A program made the translations under genes and the position numbers. Source: an uncultured Planctomycetales bacterium (GTDB lineage Bacteria > Omnitrophota > Gorgyraeia > Gygaellales > JAHJCI01). From it: a stretch of 64,000 bases of DNA. Numbering within the stretch: the first letter of the stretch is position 1; the number at the start of each line of letters is the position of its first letter. The stretch lies in the NCBI GenBank assembly GCA_964592485.1, contig CAZQEY010000001.1:95935-159934 (forward strand). The letters run 5' to 3'. Below, in pieces: positions 29,657 through 38,772 of the stretch. A model generated the notes under the pieces. That model did no database searches, was not told the origin of the DNA, and saw only the letters and a list, made by a program, of their open reading frames with translations.

Positions 29657-30277
29657 CTACCTTTTGATTTTTGCCGGAACTCCAAATGTAGTCACTCCGG
29701 AGGGAATATCTTCTATAACAACTGAACCTGTTCCAACCACCACATTATCTCCTATAGTTATGCCTTGAACAATAACAGCACCTGTTCCAATATGGCAGCT
29801 TCTGCCTATATTTGCCCCGCCTGAGATTACAACGCCAGGAGCAATATGTGAATGCGCATCAATTTGACAGTCATGATCAATAGATGCTGATGTATTGATA
29901 ATGACATTTTCTCCAATTATTGTACCTAGATTAATTACTACACCTGCCATAATCTGAACACCTTCACCAATATTGGTATCTGCGGAGATTACTGATTGTG
30001 GATGAATCACAGAAGCAAAACGATACCCCTTACCTTTTAACTCCTCAAAGACTTCTTGGCGCCGAACCGGAAGGCCTACTGAACCAATGCCATTTACGAG
30101 CAAGATCTCATCTGCCGAATAACGCTGGATAGCTGTATCATCTCCTAAATATTTCAAGCCTACAATAACTTTTGGCTCTAAATCTGTAAAACCAACTATA
30201 TCAAATTGACCTGAAAGGCTTAAAATTTCTTTTAAAACTCGTGCGTGTCCGCCTGCACTGATTAGAATAACCTTCAT
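29657..30277 (-). CDS. NeuD/PglD-family hexapeptide sugar N-acetyltransferase (LegH/PseH-functional analog candidate)
   Basis: MKVILISAGGHARVL is the N-terminal Rossmann-like fold of PglD/NeuD. Left-handed beta-helix hexapeptide repeats follow (IGEGVQIMAGVVIN...). Confidence 0.85.
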   Translation of the reverse strand: MKVILISAGGHARVLKEILSLSGQFDIVGFTDLEPKVIVGLKYLGDDTAIQRYSADEILLVNGIGSVGLPVRRQEVFEELKGKGYRFASVIHPQSVISADTNIGEGVQIMAGVVINLGTIIGENVIINTSASIDHDCQIDAHSHIAPGVVISGGANIGRSCHIGTGAVIVQGITIGDNVVVGTGSVVIEDIPSGVTTFGVPAKIKR

Positions 30278-30293
30278 TGATATTCTCTTTTTT

Positions 30294-31457
30294 TTAATTT
30301 GTTATCCTCAAGTCACAAAATCGTTTTGCCTTCAATCTTTCTAAGTCAACATTAGCAAGAATAGATACAATATGTTCACTGGCTTTTCCATCACCGTGCA
30401 AATTTTTAATATCTCCTAAAGATATCCGGAATTCTTCGCTAAGGGCTTTCTTAATACCTTCAATAATCTCTAAAGACGCGTATCCCACATCAATGACGTT
30501 TTTGCTGCGTATCCGGCCTTCCTGGCGCGTCCCAATATTTACCACCGGCAATTTAAAAGATGCTGCTTCAATAATGCCGCTGGAAGAGTTACCAATCATA
30601 ACCACGCTATGTTGCATCATACTTAAGTATCCCTGCTGGCCAAAGTTATCCACATAGAATGTATTGGGGTGGATACTTACAAATGATTTGATTTCACGGA
30701 TTATAATCTTATAACCAGTATCAGCATTAGGAGAAGTAAAAACAATATTATAATCATTGAATATTTCCAAAGCATCTAAAAGATTAGAGATATAGGTCTG
30801 TGTGTTATTATATTCCAGCGTTATGGGATGAAAAGTAATTAGGAAAACAGGTTTCGAAAGATTGATTTTAAATCTTGTTTCCAACTCTTCTTTTAAATAT
30901 ATTGGGAGATTCAAAACATTATCCAATCCAGGAGCCCCTGAAACAATAATACGCCAGGGCTCCTCTCCCATCTGTCGTAAGCGTTGGGCATATGCATTAG
31001 TAGAAACAAAATGAATATGGCTCAATTTAGTAAGAGAATGGCGAAATTGTTCATCAAAGGCACCGTAAGTAATCTCGCCTCCGTGTATATGAGCAATAGG
31101 TATATTAAAAGGAATAGCTGCTATTGCAGCACAATGCATTTCAAAGCGATCGCCCAACACAACTAATATATCTGGTGGATTATCACGAAATATTTTTGCA
31201 AAGCCAGCTGTGCCAACTCCCATTGCCCGAGCAATACCATAAGGAGAATCTAAGGAAGACAATATCTCTACACGTTGCTTTATTGAGAAACCATCATCTT
31301 GGATTATTTTCACTGTATTGCCAAAATCATCTGATAAGTGCATACCAGTAACATAAAGTGACAATTCTAAGTCTGGGTGAGCAGCAATCCTTTTCAATAT
31401 CGGAAAATAAAGCCCGTAATCACACCTGCCACTAGTTACAATGCCAATCCTTCTCAT
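30294..31457 (-). CDS. neuC: hydrolysing UDP/GDP-N-acetylhexosamine 2-epimerase (NeuC/LegG-like)
   Basis: MRRIGIVTSGRCDYGLY...VVLGDRFE...HIHGGE. This is the NeuC-type non-retaining 2-epimerase signature. Confidence 0.85.
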   Translation of the reverse strand: MRRIGIVTSGRCDYGLYFPILKRIAAHPDLELSLYVTGMHLSDDFGNTVKIIQDDGFSIKQRVEILSSLDSPYGIARAMGVGTAGFAKIFRDNPPDILVVLGDRFEMHCAAIAAIPFNIPIAHIHGGEITYGAFDEQFRHSLTKLSHIHFVSTNAYAQRLRQMGEEPWRIIVSGAPGLDNVLNLPIYLKEELETRFKINLSKPVFLITFHPITLEYNNTQTYISNLLDALEIFNDYNIVFTSPNADTGYKIIIREIKSFVSIHPNTFYVDNFGQQGYLSMMQHSVVMIGNSSSGIIEAASFKLPVVNIGTRQEGRIRSKNVIDVGYASLEIIEGIKKALSEEFRISLGDIKNLHGDGKASEHIVSILANVDLERLKAKRFCDLRITN

Positions 31458-32509
31458 AGCAACATATCCAAGGATATAAGCTTGCCTTTTGGTATATCAA
31501 CCCTTGCTTTACGACCAAGCACAGAAAACAGCATATTGGAAGGTGACAAGCCAGTTCCTGGCCGTTTAATTGCAATTAGTTCCTTTTCTAACACTGTCCC
31601 AGCCTTAATTTCACAGGCAGCAACTAAACTCTTGCGTACGACAGCGGCAATCTTACTTTCGCACATTTTCGGCTTTTTACAACCATCACCTAAAGCAACT
31701 TCTATTCTACGGATACTGCGCACCAACAACTTCAACTCATCTGGCTCAATAGAGCTCTTGTGGTCAGGACCAAGTAAACTACGATCTAAGGTAAAATGCT
31801 TCTCAATCACGCCTGCCCCTAAGGCTACAGCGGCAACCGCAATATCAATTCCCAGAGTATGATCAGAGTATCCCACTGGGAGATTAAATGCCTCTCTCAT
31901 CGTTTGTATGGCTCGCAAATTAACATCTTCTGGTTGAGTAGGATAGTTGCTCACACAATGCAACAGGACAATATCTTGATTACCCGACTCATTAATTGCC
32001 TTTATTGCCATTCCCACCTCTTCTAAAGTCGACATTCCTGTTGAAAGAATTATTGGTTTTCCCTTACGAGCAATATGAGTCAATAACGGAATATTTGTAA
32101 TCTCACCAGAGGCAATTTTAAACACCTCAACTCCCAACTCTTGCAGAAAATCTGCACTCTCCTCATCAAATGGCGTAGACATAAAGACAATTTCCTTCTC
32201 TCTGCAGTAAGCATATAAGTTCCAGTGGTCATCTCTGGAGAGTTCCAATCGTTGCAACATTTCCAATTGCGACTCAGAACTACCAGTGGTTTCCATCTGA
32301 TAATCAGCCTTATGAGCCCAAGGAGTCACAAGCCGTTCTGCCTTAAATGTTTGGAATTTAACCGCATCTGCTCCTGCCTGTTCAGCAACATCGACTAATT
32401 GATTTGCCATCTTAAGATCGCCATTGTGGTTAATGCCAGCTTCAGCAATAATAAACACACGCTGCGAATCTATAACCCTATTCCACACACTGCCTACCAT
32501 ACTGTCCAC
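31454..32509 (-). CDS. neuB: N-acetylneuraminate-synthase-family enzyme (NeuB/LegI-like nonulosonic acid synthase)
   Basis: IIAEAGINHNGDLKMANQLVDVAEQAGADAVKFQTF is the canonical NeuB N-terminal block. A C-terminal SAF/antifreeze-like domain is also present. Confidence 0.9.
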   Translation of the reverse strand: MDSMVGSVWNRVIDSQRVFIIAEAGINHNGDLKMANQLVDVAEQAGADAVKFQTFKAERLVTPWAHKADYQMETTGSSESQLEMLQRLELSRDDHWNLYAYCREKEIVFMSTPFDEESADFLQELGVEVFKIASGEITNIPLLTHIARKGKPIILSTGMSTLEEVGMAIKAINESGNQDIVLLHCVSNYPTQPEDVNLRAIQTMREAFNLPVGYSDHTLGIDIAVAAVALGAGVIEKHFTLDRSLLGPDHKSSIEPDELKLLVRSIRRIEVALGDGCKKPKMCESKIAAVVRKSLVAACEIKAGTVLEKELIAIKRPGTGLSPSNMLFSVLGRKARVDIPKGKLISLDMLL

Positions 32510-33297
32510 CCCCCATCCACAACTAGGTTATGGCCTGTTACATATGTGGAAAGGTCGCTGGCAAGATATACAACAGCACCTTTTATATCCTCTTCAGTTG
32601 CCATACGTTGTAACGGTGTGCGATTAATATAACGTGACAAAAATGGCTCCTTATGATTTCTCATTACGCCTCCAATAGTAATTGCATTAACTCGAACTGC
32701 TGGAGCAAGCACTGCTGCCAGCCAACGCGTAAGCTGAAGCAAACCTCCTTTACTTGTACTGTAGGCTGCAGGATTGCCCAAATTAGTATCCTCATACAAC
32801 CGCATATCAGGAGCAACCATTCCATAAATTGAGCCAATATTAATAACTGACCCTTTGCCCGAAGCGCGTAAAGCCTTCTCGCAGCTCTGCACAAGAACAA
32901 ATATCGATGTTAGATTTACTTCCAAAACCTTTTGCCAAGTTTGTACGGATTGCTCCTGAAAACGAACATTCCATCCCTTCAAATCAGACTCACCTACAAA
33001 AGCTGCGCAATTCACAAGAATATCCAATCTCCCAAATTTTTCCAATACTTTGGTACAAACCTTCTTCACTTCATCAACTTTAGCTAAATCTATCAGAAGT
33101 GGCATAACTTCAACATTATATACCTTCTGAATACTCTCTACCTTCTCAAAACAAGCCTTTTTATTGCAATCAAGCAACACAACACAGGCTCCGACTTCTG
33201 CCACTGCTTCTGCCATGATAGAACCGATATGCCCGGCTCCTCCAGTAATTAACGCAACTCTTCCCTCTAAACTCATCAATTCCTGAACAGATCTCAT
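32494..33297 (-). CDS. classical SDR oxidoreductase
   Basis: VALITGGAGHIGS glycine motif and the catalytic YSTSKGG context. Confidence 0.8.
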   Translation of the reverse strand: MRSVQELMSLEGRVALITGGAGHIGSIMAEAVAEVGACVVLLDCNKKACFEKVESIQKVYNVEVMPLLIDLAKVDEVKKVCTKVLEKFGRLDILVNCAAFVGESDLKGWNVRFQEQSVQTWQKVLEVNLTSIFVLVQSCEKALRASGKGSVINIGSIYGMVAPDMRLYEDTNLGNPAAYSTSKGGLLQLTRWLAAVLAPAVRVNAITIGGVMRNHKEPFLSRYINRTPLQRMATEEDIKGAVVYLASDLSTYVTGHNLVVDGGWTVW

Positions 33298-34004
33298 TAA
33301 TTCCTCTCCTTCTTTCTTATTAAAAATTCAGCAATTTCCAAATCCAAAGAAGTATCAATATCCAATGCCCTATACGCAGGAACTATTACTGCCTTTACCT
33401 TTCCTGCAAACAACGATGACATTTGGCAAACATATGAAGCACGTGCAGCATACGCAACAGTAGTCATATCATATACCAGAGGAGCATCCTGACGCCGATT
33501 AATAATAGTTTGTGATTGAATAACCAGCTGCGCATTATCTTCGTCATCAAGAGTAACCATATTAAAATACGGATTGCGCCCTGCTTCTTTTACCGTGATA
33601 ACAATATCGGCATCACTATTTAATAACCGCTCAATACAGGCCTGAACATCTTCAACTGCACGCAAAGGAGATGTGGGAGGAATAGATACTAACACATCAA
33701 CTTTATTTCCTGTTTGTTTTTCAATCGTCTCAACTGCATGCCTCCAGGCCAGTAGTACAGATGCATCATCAGTGGATAATTGCGCAGGTCTCCTAAAGGG
33801 AACTTCGGCACCATAGCGTTGTGCAATTGCCGCGATTTCCTCATCATCCGTAGAAACGATAAGCTTATCAATCAAAGAGACAGCACGACCAACTTCAATC
33901 GCATAGGCAATGAGTGGCTTACCAGCTAATTCTTTAATATTCTTACATGGTAGGCCCCTGGAGCCTCCACGCGCAAAAATTGCACCCAACACATAAGGTT
34001 TCAT
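33297..34004 (-). CDS. acylneuraminate cytidylyltransferase (CMP-nonulosonate synthetase, NeuA/LegF-like)
   Basis: LGAIFARGGSRGLPCKNIKELAGKPLIAY matches the NeuA N-terminus. Confidence 0.85.
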   Translation of the reverse strand: MKPYVLGAIFARGGSRGLPCKNIKELAGKPLIAYAIEVGRAVSLIDKLIVSTDDEEIAAIAQRYGAEVPFRRPAQLSTDDASVLLAWRHAVETIEKQTGNKVDVLVSIPPTSPLRAVEDVQACIERLLNSDADIVITVKEAGRNPYFNMVTLDDEDNAQLVIQSQTIINRRQDAPLVYDMTTVAYAARASYVCQMSSLFAGKVKAVIVPAYRALDIDTSLDLEIAEFLIRKKERN

Positions 34005-35005
34005 AATGAAATTACTTCGTGAGTTTCTGCCGAATGTCGCGCTGCATTTATCATCCTAACCACACGCCTAGCCTCGTCTATTGATACCAACGGCTCTTGA
34101 TTATTAGCGACACATTGAAAAAAGTGCTTCAACTCTGTTTTGTACATCTCGTTCCTGTCTAATTTACCTGGTGTGCACAAATCAGTCCAATTACCAGTAT
34201 CAACAGAATACAGTTGCACGCGATTATCGCCATCGAAATTCCACACCACTGTTCCTTTGGTCCCAACCACACGGCAGGAGCGGTTCGCTGCATAGTCTAT
34301 CATATCAAGATGAATATTACCTAAAGCGCCGTTCTCAAACCTCAAACAAATTTCAGCTATATCCTCAACATCAATCTCCAAATCACTAACCTTACCCAGC
34401 AAAGCGCGTATCTGGGTCACCTCACCCGCTAACCACCGCACATAATCTAACTCATGACTCAACTCAAACAAAACACCGCCACCTAAATCTTTACGTGCGC
34501 TAACTTTATCTTGATAATTCTCTCCAGGACGCCAATTTAACAGATTCTGCCCAACAGATGCCTTAACCGACAAAACTCTTCCTATACAACCCTGCTCCAA
34601 TGCTTTTTTTAAAATTTTAATCGGCTCAAAGAATCGTAATACATATCCAATCATTACTACAAGCTTACGCCTCCTTGACTCTTGCAATAATTCATCTAAG
34701 CCATCATCATTAACTGATAATGGTTTTTCAATAAACAAATGGCTATCTTGTTTGGCAAACATTAACGCTGTCTGGCAATGCATTGTAACAGGATTCGTTA
34801 TAAAAGTAACACTGGGTTTCCATCTTAGCGCATCATCCTGAGAAAAAAACACATTCTCTACTAATGGCTGTAATTCACCCAAAGCAGCTTCTTGAGAAAA
34901 CTGTCTGTAAACTGCTATCTGAATGTTGGCATCAATACTCTTTATGTTCTTAATGTGCCGATTCGCTATACTTCCCAACCCCACAACTAAGATTTTCATA
35001 CTCAT
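34001..35005 (-). CDS. Gfo/Idh/MocA-family NAD(P)-dependent oxidoreductase
   Basis: MKILVVGLGSIANRH N-terminal Rossmann fold with the EKP motif (FIEKPL). Confidence 0.8.
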   Translation of the reverse strand: MSMKILVVGLGSIANRHIKNIKSIDANIQIAVYRQFSQEAALGELQPLVENVFFSQDDALRWKPSVTFITNPVTMHCQTALMFAKQDSHLFIEKPLSVNDDGLDELLQESRRRKLVVMIGYVLRFFEPIKILKKALEQGCIGRVLSVKASVGQNLLNWRPGENYQDKVSARKDLGGGVLFELSHELDYVRWLAGEVTQIRALLGKVSDLEIDVEDIAEICLRFENGALGNIHLDMIDYAANRSCRVVGTKGTVVWNFDGDNRVQLYSVDTGNWTDLCTPGKLDRNEMYKTELKHFFQCVANNQEPLVSIDEARRVVRMINAARHSAETHEVISL

Positions 35006-35074
35006 ACCGTTTTGCTTCTGAATACTCGCAGAGCTATTGTAGACACTGCAGTCGCCAAATGCATATGCGGCTCT

Positions 35075-36571
35075 TTAATCATTTTTTTCATACTCCTGCA
35101 AATATTTTATTAGTTCAGGGAATACCCTTTGTGCAAGTTGTTCGTCTTTCTCACATTTTTCAAGGATAGGAAAAAATTGTTCTGGAAGTTTAGTGTAAAA
35201 TGAAAAGGTTCTTACTAAACCGTTGATTTCATCTCTATTTAAATGAGGTGAATCTAAATTTGCTTTGACACTGCTATAATCTGGAGTTTCTTTTAAGAGC
35301 CCAAACTCCTTTGTAATTTCCGCCAAGCGTGTTTTTGGATACGGATTATAAGCCGCCACAGAAGAAGTGGCTGGCTTAACTTTTCGGTTCAGATGAATAG
35401 TATCAAATACCATCTGCCTTGTTTCAAAGGGTAGTCCTATCATATTATAAGCCGACACTCTTATACCGCTTCTCTTTACAATCTCGTATTTTTTAATAAT
35501 TTCCCCATCAGATATATCTCTATTAAGGACATATTTCCTTACCCAAGGATTCCCACTTTCAATAGCCATTGCCATTGTGATGCAACCCATTTCTTTAAGA
35601 CAATCTACTTTTTCTTCTGTCACTGTTCGTGTTCCAGCGTAAACAATAAAAGGTAAACCGACTTCTTTCTTATAAAGCTTAGCTAATTCTCTTAAATAAC
35701 TAACCGGGAATATTGTAAAATCTTCATCCCAAAATCTAATTGCATTAAATTGATATCTGTCCTTTAATTCTTTAAGCTGCCTTACGGCTACTCTCGGGCT
35801 TTTTCGTCTGTGATAACTCCCACATCCGCTAAATAGTTCCTGTAAGAAATGATTTGAACAGTAGGAACACTTGAATACACATCCTCGACTAATCTCGGTA
35901 TTCATCATCTTGTATATCTTGCCATCAAGAGGACGATAAAAATCATATTCACAAAAATCAGAGAAATCCTGAGCCGGAAGAGTATCTAAATCCTTTAAAT
36001 TTCGCAGTGGATTTTTGTAAATAGTCTCTGGGTTCTTTTTATCTTTTATCCATAAATTTTTAATTTTATTTATGGGCTTCTTCTGGAACTTCTCACAAAG
36101 TTCAACCAGTGCATCTTCGCCTTCACCAACACAAATAATGTCGATGGATCCCTCCTTAATAACTTCGTCAGAACAAATCGTTGGATGAATTCCGCCAATA
36201 ATAATAGTATTTTCCGGAAAATGTTTCTTAATGATTCTACTGCATTTTAAGCCTAGGGGATAAGTACCAGATGTAGTAGTTATACCAACAATATCAGCTT
36301 TGAACTCATCCATAGTATGAACTAAATCTTCCTCGAGAGATTCTATCGCTTTGCGCGGCGCAGGAGTAATTGGTGGAGGTGGAGCGGGTTTAAACATCCC
36401 AAATGATTCCTTAATCGATTGTAAATTTACCTGGGGAACATATTCTGAACAATCAAAAACTGCTACAGAATGACCTTCGGCTCTCAATACAGCACTCAAT
36501 GTAGTTAGGGCTATGGGGATATCTCCGTGTTCGTGAATTTGGGGATAAATAAATAATACTCTCATACGCAA
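35075..36571 (-). CDS. cobalamin (B12)-binding radical SAM enzyme (class B rSAM)
   Basis: CxxxCxxC (RGCVFKCSYCSN) after a B12-binding-like domain. It is a paralog of 4149-5645. Confidence 0.85.
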   Translation of the reverse strand: MRMRVLFIYPQIHEHGDIPIALTTLSAVLRAEGHSVAVFDCSEYVPQVNLQSIKESFGMFKPAPPPPITPAPRKAIESLEEDLVHTMDEFKADIVGITTTSGTYPLGLKCSRIIKKHFPENTIIIGGIHPTICSDEVIKEGSIDIICVGEGEDALVELCEKFQKKPINKIKNLWIKDKKNPETIYKNPLRNLKDLDTLPAQDFSDFCEYDFYRPLDGKIYKMMNTEISRGCVFKCSYCSNHFLQELFSGCGSYHRRKSPRVAVRQLKELKDRYQFNAIRFWDEDFTIFPVSYLRELAKLYKKEVGLPFIVYAGTRTVTEEKVDCLKEMGCITMAMAIESGNPWVRKYVLNRDISDGEIIKKYEIVKRSGIRVSAYNMIGLPFETRQMVFDTIHLNRKVKPATSSVAAYNPYPKTRLAEITKEFGLLKETPDYSSVKANLDSPHLNRDEINGLVRTFSFYTKLPEQFFPILEKCEKDEQLAQRVFPELIKYLQEYEKND

Positions 36572-36599
36572 GTGTATTCTATTTAGATAATTAATAATG

Positions 36600-37775
36600 C
36601 TAACTAAAAAAGGTCTTTATATTCTCTACAACGAAATTTACTTCTTCTTCTTTTAAATTAACACTACAGGGCAAATTGATACAACAATTATATGCCTGCA
36701 CAGCCTGCTTAACGCCATAACTTTGAAACTGGTTGTACATCGGTAAAGTATGCATCAACTTCCATATCGCCCTGACTTGAATTTCTCTTGCAATAAGATA
36801 TTCTATCAAGGCTATTCTGTATTTCTGCGGCACTTTTATAGTATAAAACCAGAAATTACTCTTTGCCCATGATTCCTCCCATAAGAACTCAATTTCATGC
36901 AACCCTGATAATAACTCCCTGTATAGAATAGCATTATTCCTTTTAATAGCTAAGAAATCGTGTAATCTTTCCATTTGGGCAACACCCAAAGCTGCTTGTA
37001 TGTTAGTAAGACGATAATTATAACCGATCTCATCATGCTCCTGTTCATAAACATGTTCCCGTTTTGCCTGTGTTGTTAGATGCCTAATCCGTTGTGCTAA
37101 ACACTGATCATCTGTAACTACCATCCCTCCGCCGCCTGTGGTTATAATTTTGTTTCCGTTAAAAGAGAAACAACCAACTTCTCCTATTGAACCTGTCTTT
37201 TTTCCTTTATATTCGGAGCCAAGACTTTCAGTAGCATCTTCAATTATAGTAATATTATATTTCTGAGATATTTCTAATAATGAGTTCATATCTACAGGAT
37301 GACCAAATATATGTACTGGGATAATTGCCTTTATTCTTCTACAAGTCTTTTTGTTATAAGCATATCCTTCCTTAGTACGTCTACACTCATTGACTAAAAA
37401 ATCAGCCACCTTTTGGATATCCATACATAGTGTTTTAATATTACAGTCCATAAAGACAGGGCTTGCCCCACAATATCTAATGGCATTTACTGGCGCAATA
37501 AAGGTAAGTGTGGGAACGATAACCTCATCATTAGGCTTAACTCCACATGCCATAAGACTTACGTGCAGCGCGGCTGTACCATTCACTGTAGCAACAGCAT
37601 ATTTAGCCCCTACATAATCGGCTACAAGATGTTCTATATTATTAACAAAAGTACCGGCTGAAGAAACCCAACCCGTATCAAGACACTCTTTTAAGTATTT
37701 CCATTCATTACCTGATATTTCTGGTTCCGATAAAGGGATTATATGTTTAATTGCAATATTAGACATTATAGACAT
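36600..37775 (-). CDS. DegT/DnrJ/EryC1/StrS-family PLP-dependent sugar aminotransferase (LegC/PseC-like)
   Basis: The N-terminal region (LSEPEISGNEWKYLKECLDTGWVSS...VNGTAALH) and the lysine-containing GGGGMVV...K context are typical of DegT aminotransferases. Confidence 0.85.
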   Translation of the reverse strand: MSIMSNIAIKHIIPLSEPEISGNEWKYLKECLDTGWVSSAGTFVNNIEHLVADYVGAKYAVATVNGTAALHVSLMACGVKPNDEVIVPTLTFIAPVNAIRYCGASPVFMDCNIKTLCMDIQKVADFLVNECRRTKEGYAYNKKTCRRIKAIIPVHIFGHPVDMNSLLEISQKYNITIIEDATESLGSEYKGKKTGSIGEVGCFSFNGNKIITTGGGGMVVTDDQCLAQRIRHLTTQAKREHVYEQEHDEIGYNYRLTNIQAALGVAQMERLHDFLAIKRNNAILYRELLSGLHEIEFLWEESWAKSNFWFYTIKVPQKYRIALIEYLIAREIQVRAIWKLMHTLPMYNQFQSYGVKQAVQAYNCCINLPCSVNLKEEEVNFVVENIKTFFS

Positions 37776-38757
37776 CCCATTTATATCTATTAAGATTTTC
37801 TTTATGTTTAAACCATTTTATGGTTTCCAGAAGTCCTTCTTGTAAAGAAACTTTGGGCTTCCAATTGGTCAACTTTCTTATCAATCTATTGTCACACACC
37901 AAACGTTTGACTTCACTTCTACCTGGTCTTTTTCTTGCGACTTCACAAGTAATTCTTGCTTTAGGTTTTATCTGTTTTATTATTAGTCCTGCGAGGTCGC
38001 CGATAGTTGTCTCCTGACCTGATCCAATATTAACTACCTTACCAATAGCTTTATCGCATTTAACAAGAGCCATTAACCCTTCACAAATATCCTGTACGTA
38101 GTTAAAATCTCTTGTTGGGAAAAGTGAACCAAGTCTTATTTCGTTGTTTTCATTTAATAGCTGAGTAATTATAGTAGGAATAACTGCTCTTGCAGACTGC
38201 CGTGGACCGTATGTATTAAATGGCCTGGCAATTACCACCGGCAACCCAAAGGATCTATAGAAACTCTCTGCTACAGCATCAGCAGCGATTTTCGAGGCAG
38301 AATACGGAGATTGAGGCTGTAGCGGATGTTTCTCATCTATAGGAACATACTTGGCTGTGCCGTATACTTCAGATGTAGATGTAACAACTACCCGCTTAAT
38401 ATTATAATCGCGGCAGGCTTGCAGAATATTTAAAATACCTTTAATATTTGTATTCACATAAGAATCGGGGGAATGATAAGAAAACGGTATCCCTATTAAA
38501 GCTGCTAAATGAAAAACTACATCTATATCCTTTATTGCTCTTCTAACACCGTTATTATCCCGGATATCACCAGTAAAAACCTCTATTTTGTTTAATTTAT
38601 CCTTTGGAAAGGTATCAAGCCATCCCCAAGAATTAAAAGAATTATAATAAACAAAGGCTTTAACATTACAATTGGCCTTAAGTAAACTCTCTACTAAATG
38701 ACTGCCAATAAATCCACAAGCACCGGTAACTAAAATCCTTTTGCCTTTTAACTCCAT
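37759..38757 (-). CDS. NAD-dependent nucleotide-sugar dehydratase/epimerase (candidate LegB-like 4,6-dehydratase)
   Basis: RILVTGACGFIGSHLVESL and the YSASK catalytic motif. Adjacency to the aminotransferase suggests the 4,6-dehydratase step. Confidence 0.65.
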   Translation of the reverse strand: MELKGKRILVTGACGFIGSHLVESLLKANCNVKAFVYYNSFNSWGWLDTFPKDKLNKIEVFTGDIRDNNGVRRAIKDIDVVFHLAALIGIPFSYHSPDSYVNTNIKGILNILQACRDYNIKRVVVTSTSEVYGTAKYVPIDEKHPLQPQSPYSASKIAADAVAESFYRSFGLPVVIARPFNTYGPRQSARAVIPTIITQLLNENNEIRLGSLFPTRDFNYVQDICEGLMALVKCDKAIGKVVNIGSGQETTIGDLAGLIIKQIKPKARITCEVARKRPGRSEVKRLVCDNRLIRKLTNWKPKVSLQEGLLETIKWFKHKENLNRYKWDVYNV

Positions 38758-38772
38758 TTCTAATCCCTGTGA

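Noticed and set aside
35075-36571. Pro-rich insertion FKPAPPPPITPAPR in one rSAM
   Set aside because: It is a low-complexity linker between the B12-like and rSAM domains and is absent from the paralog. It is probably a disordered loop with no functional signal.
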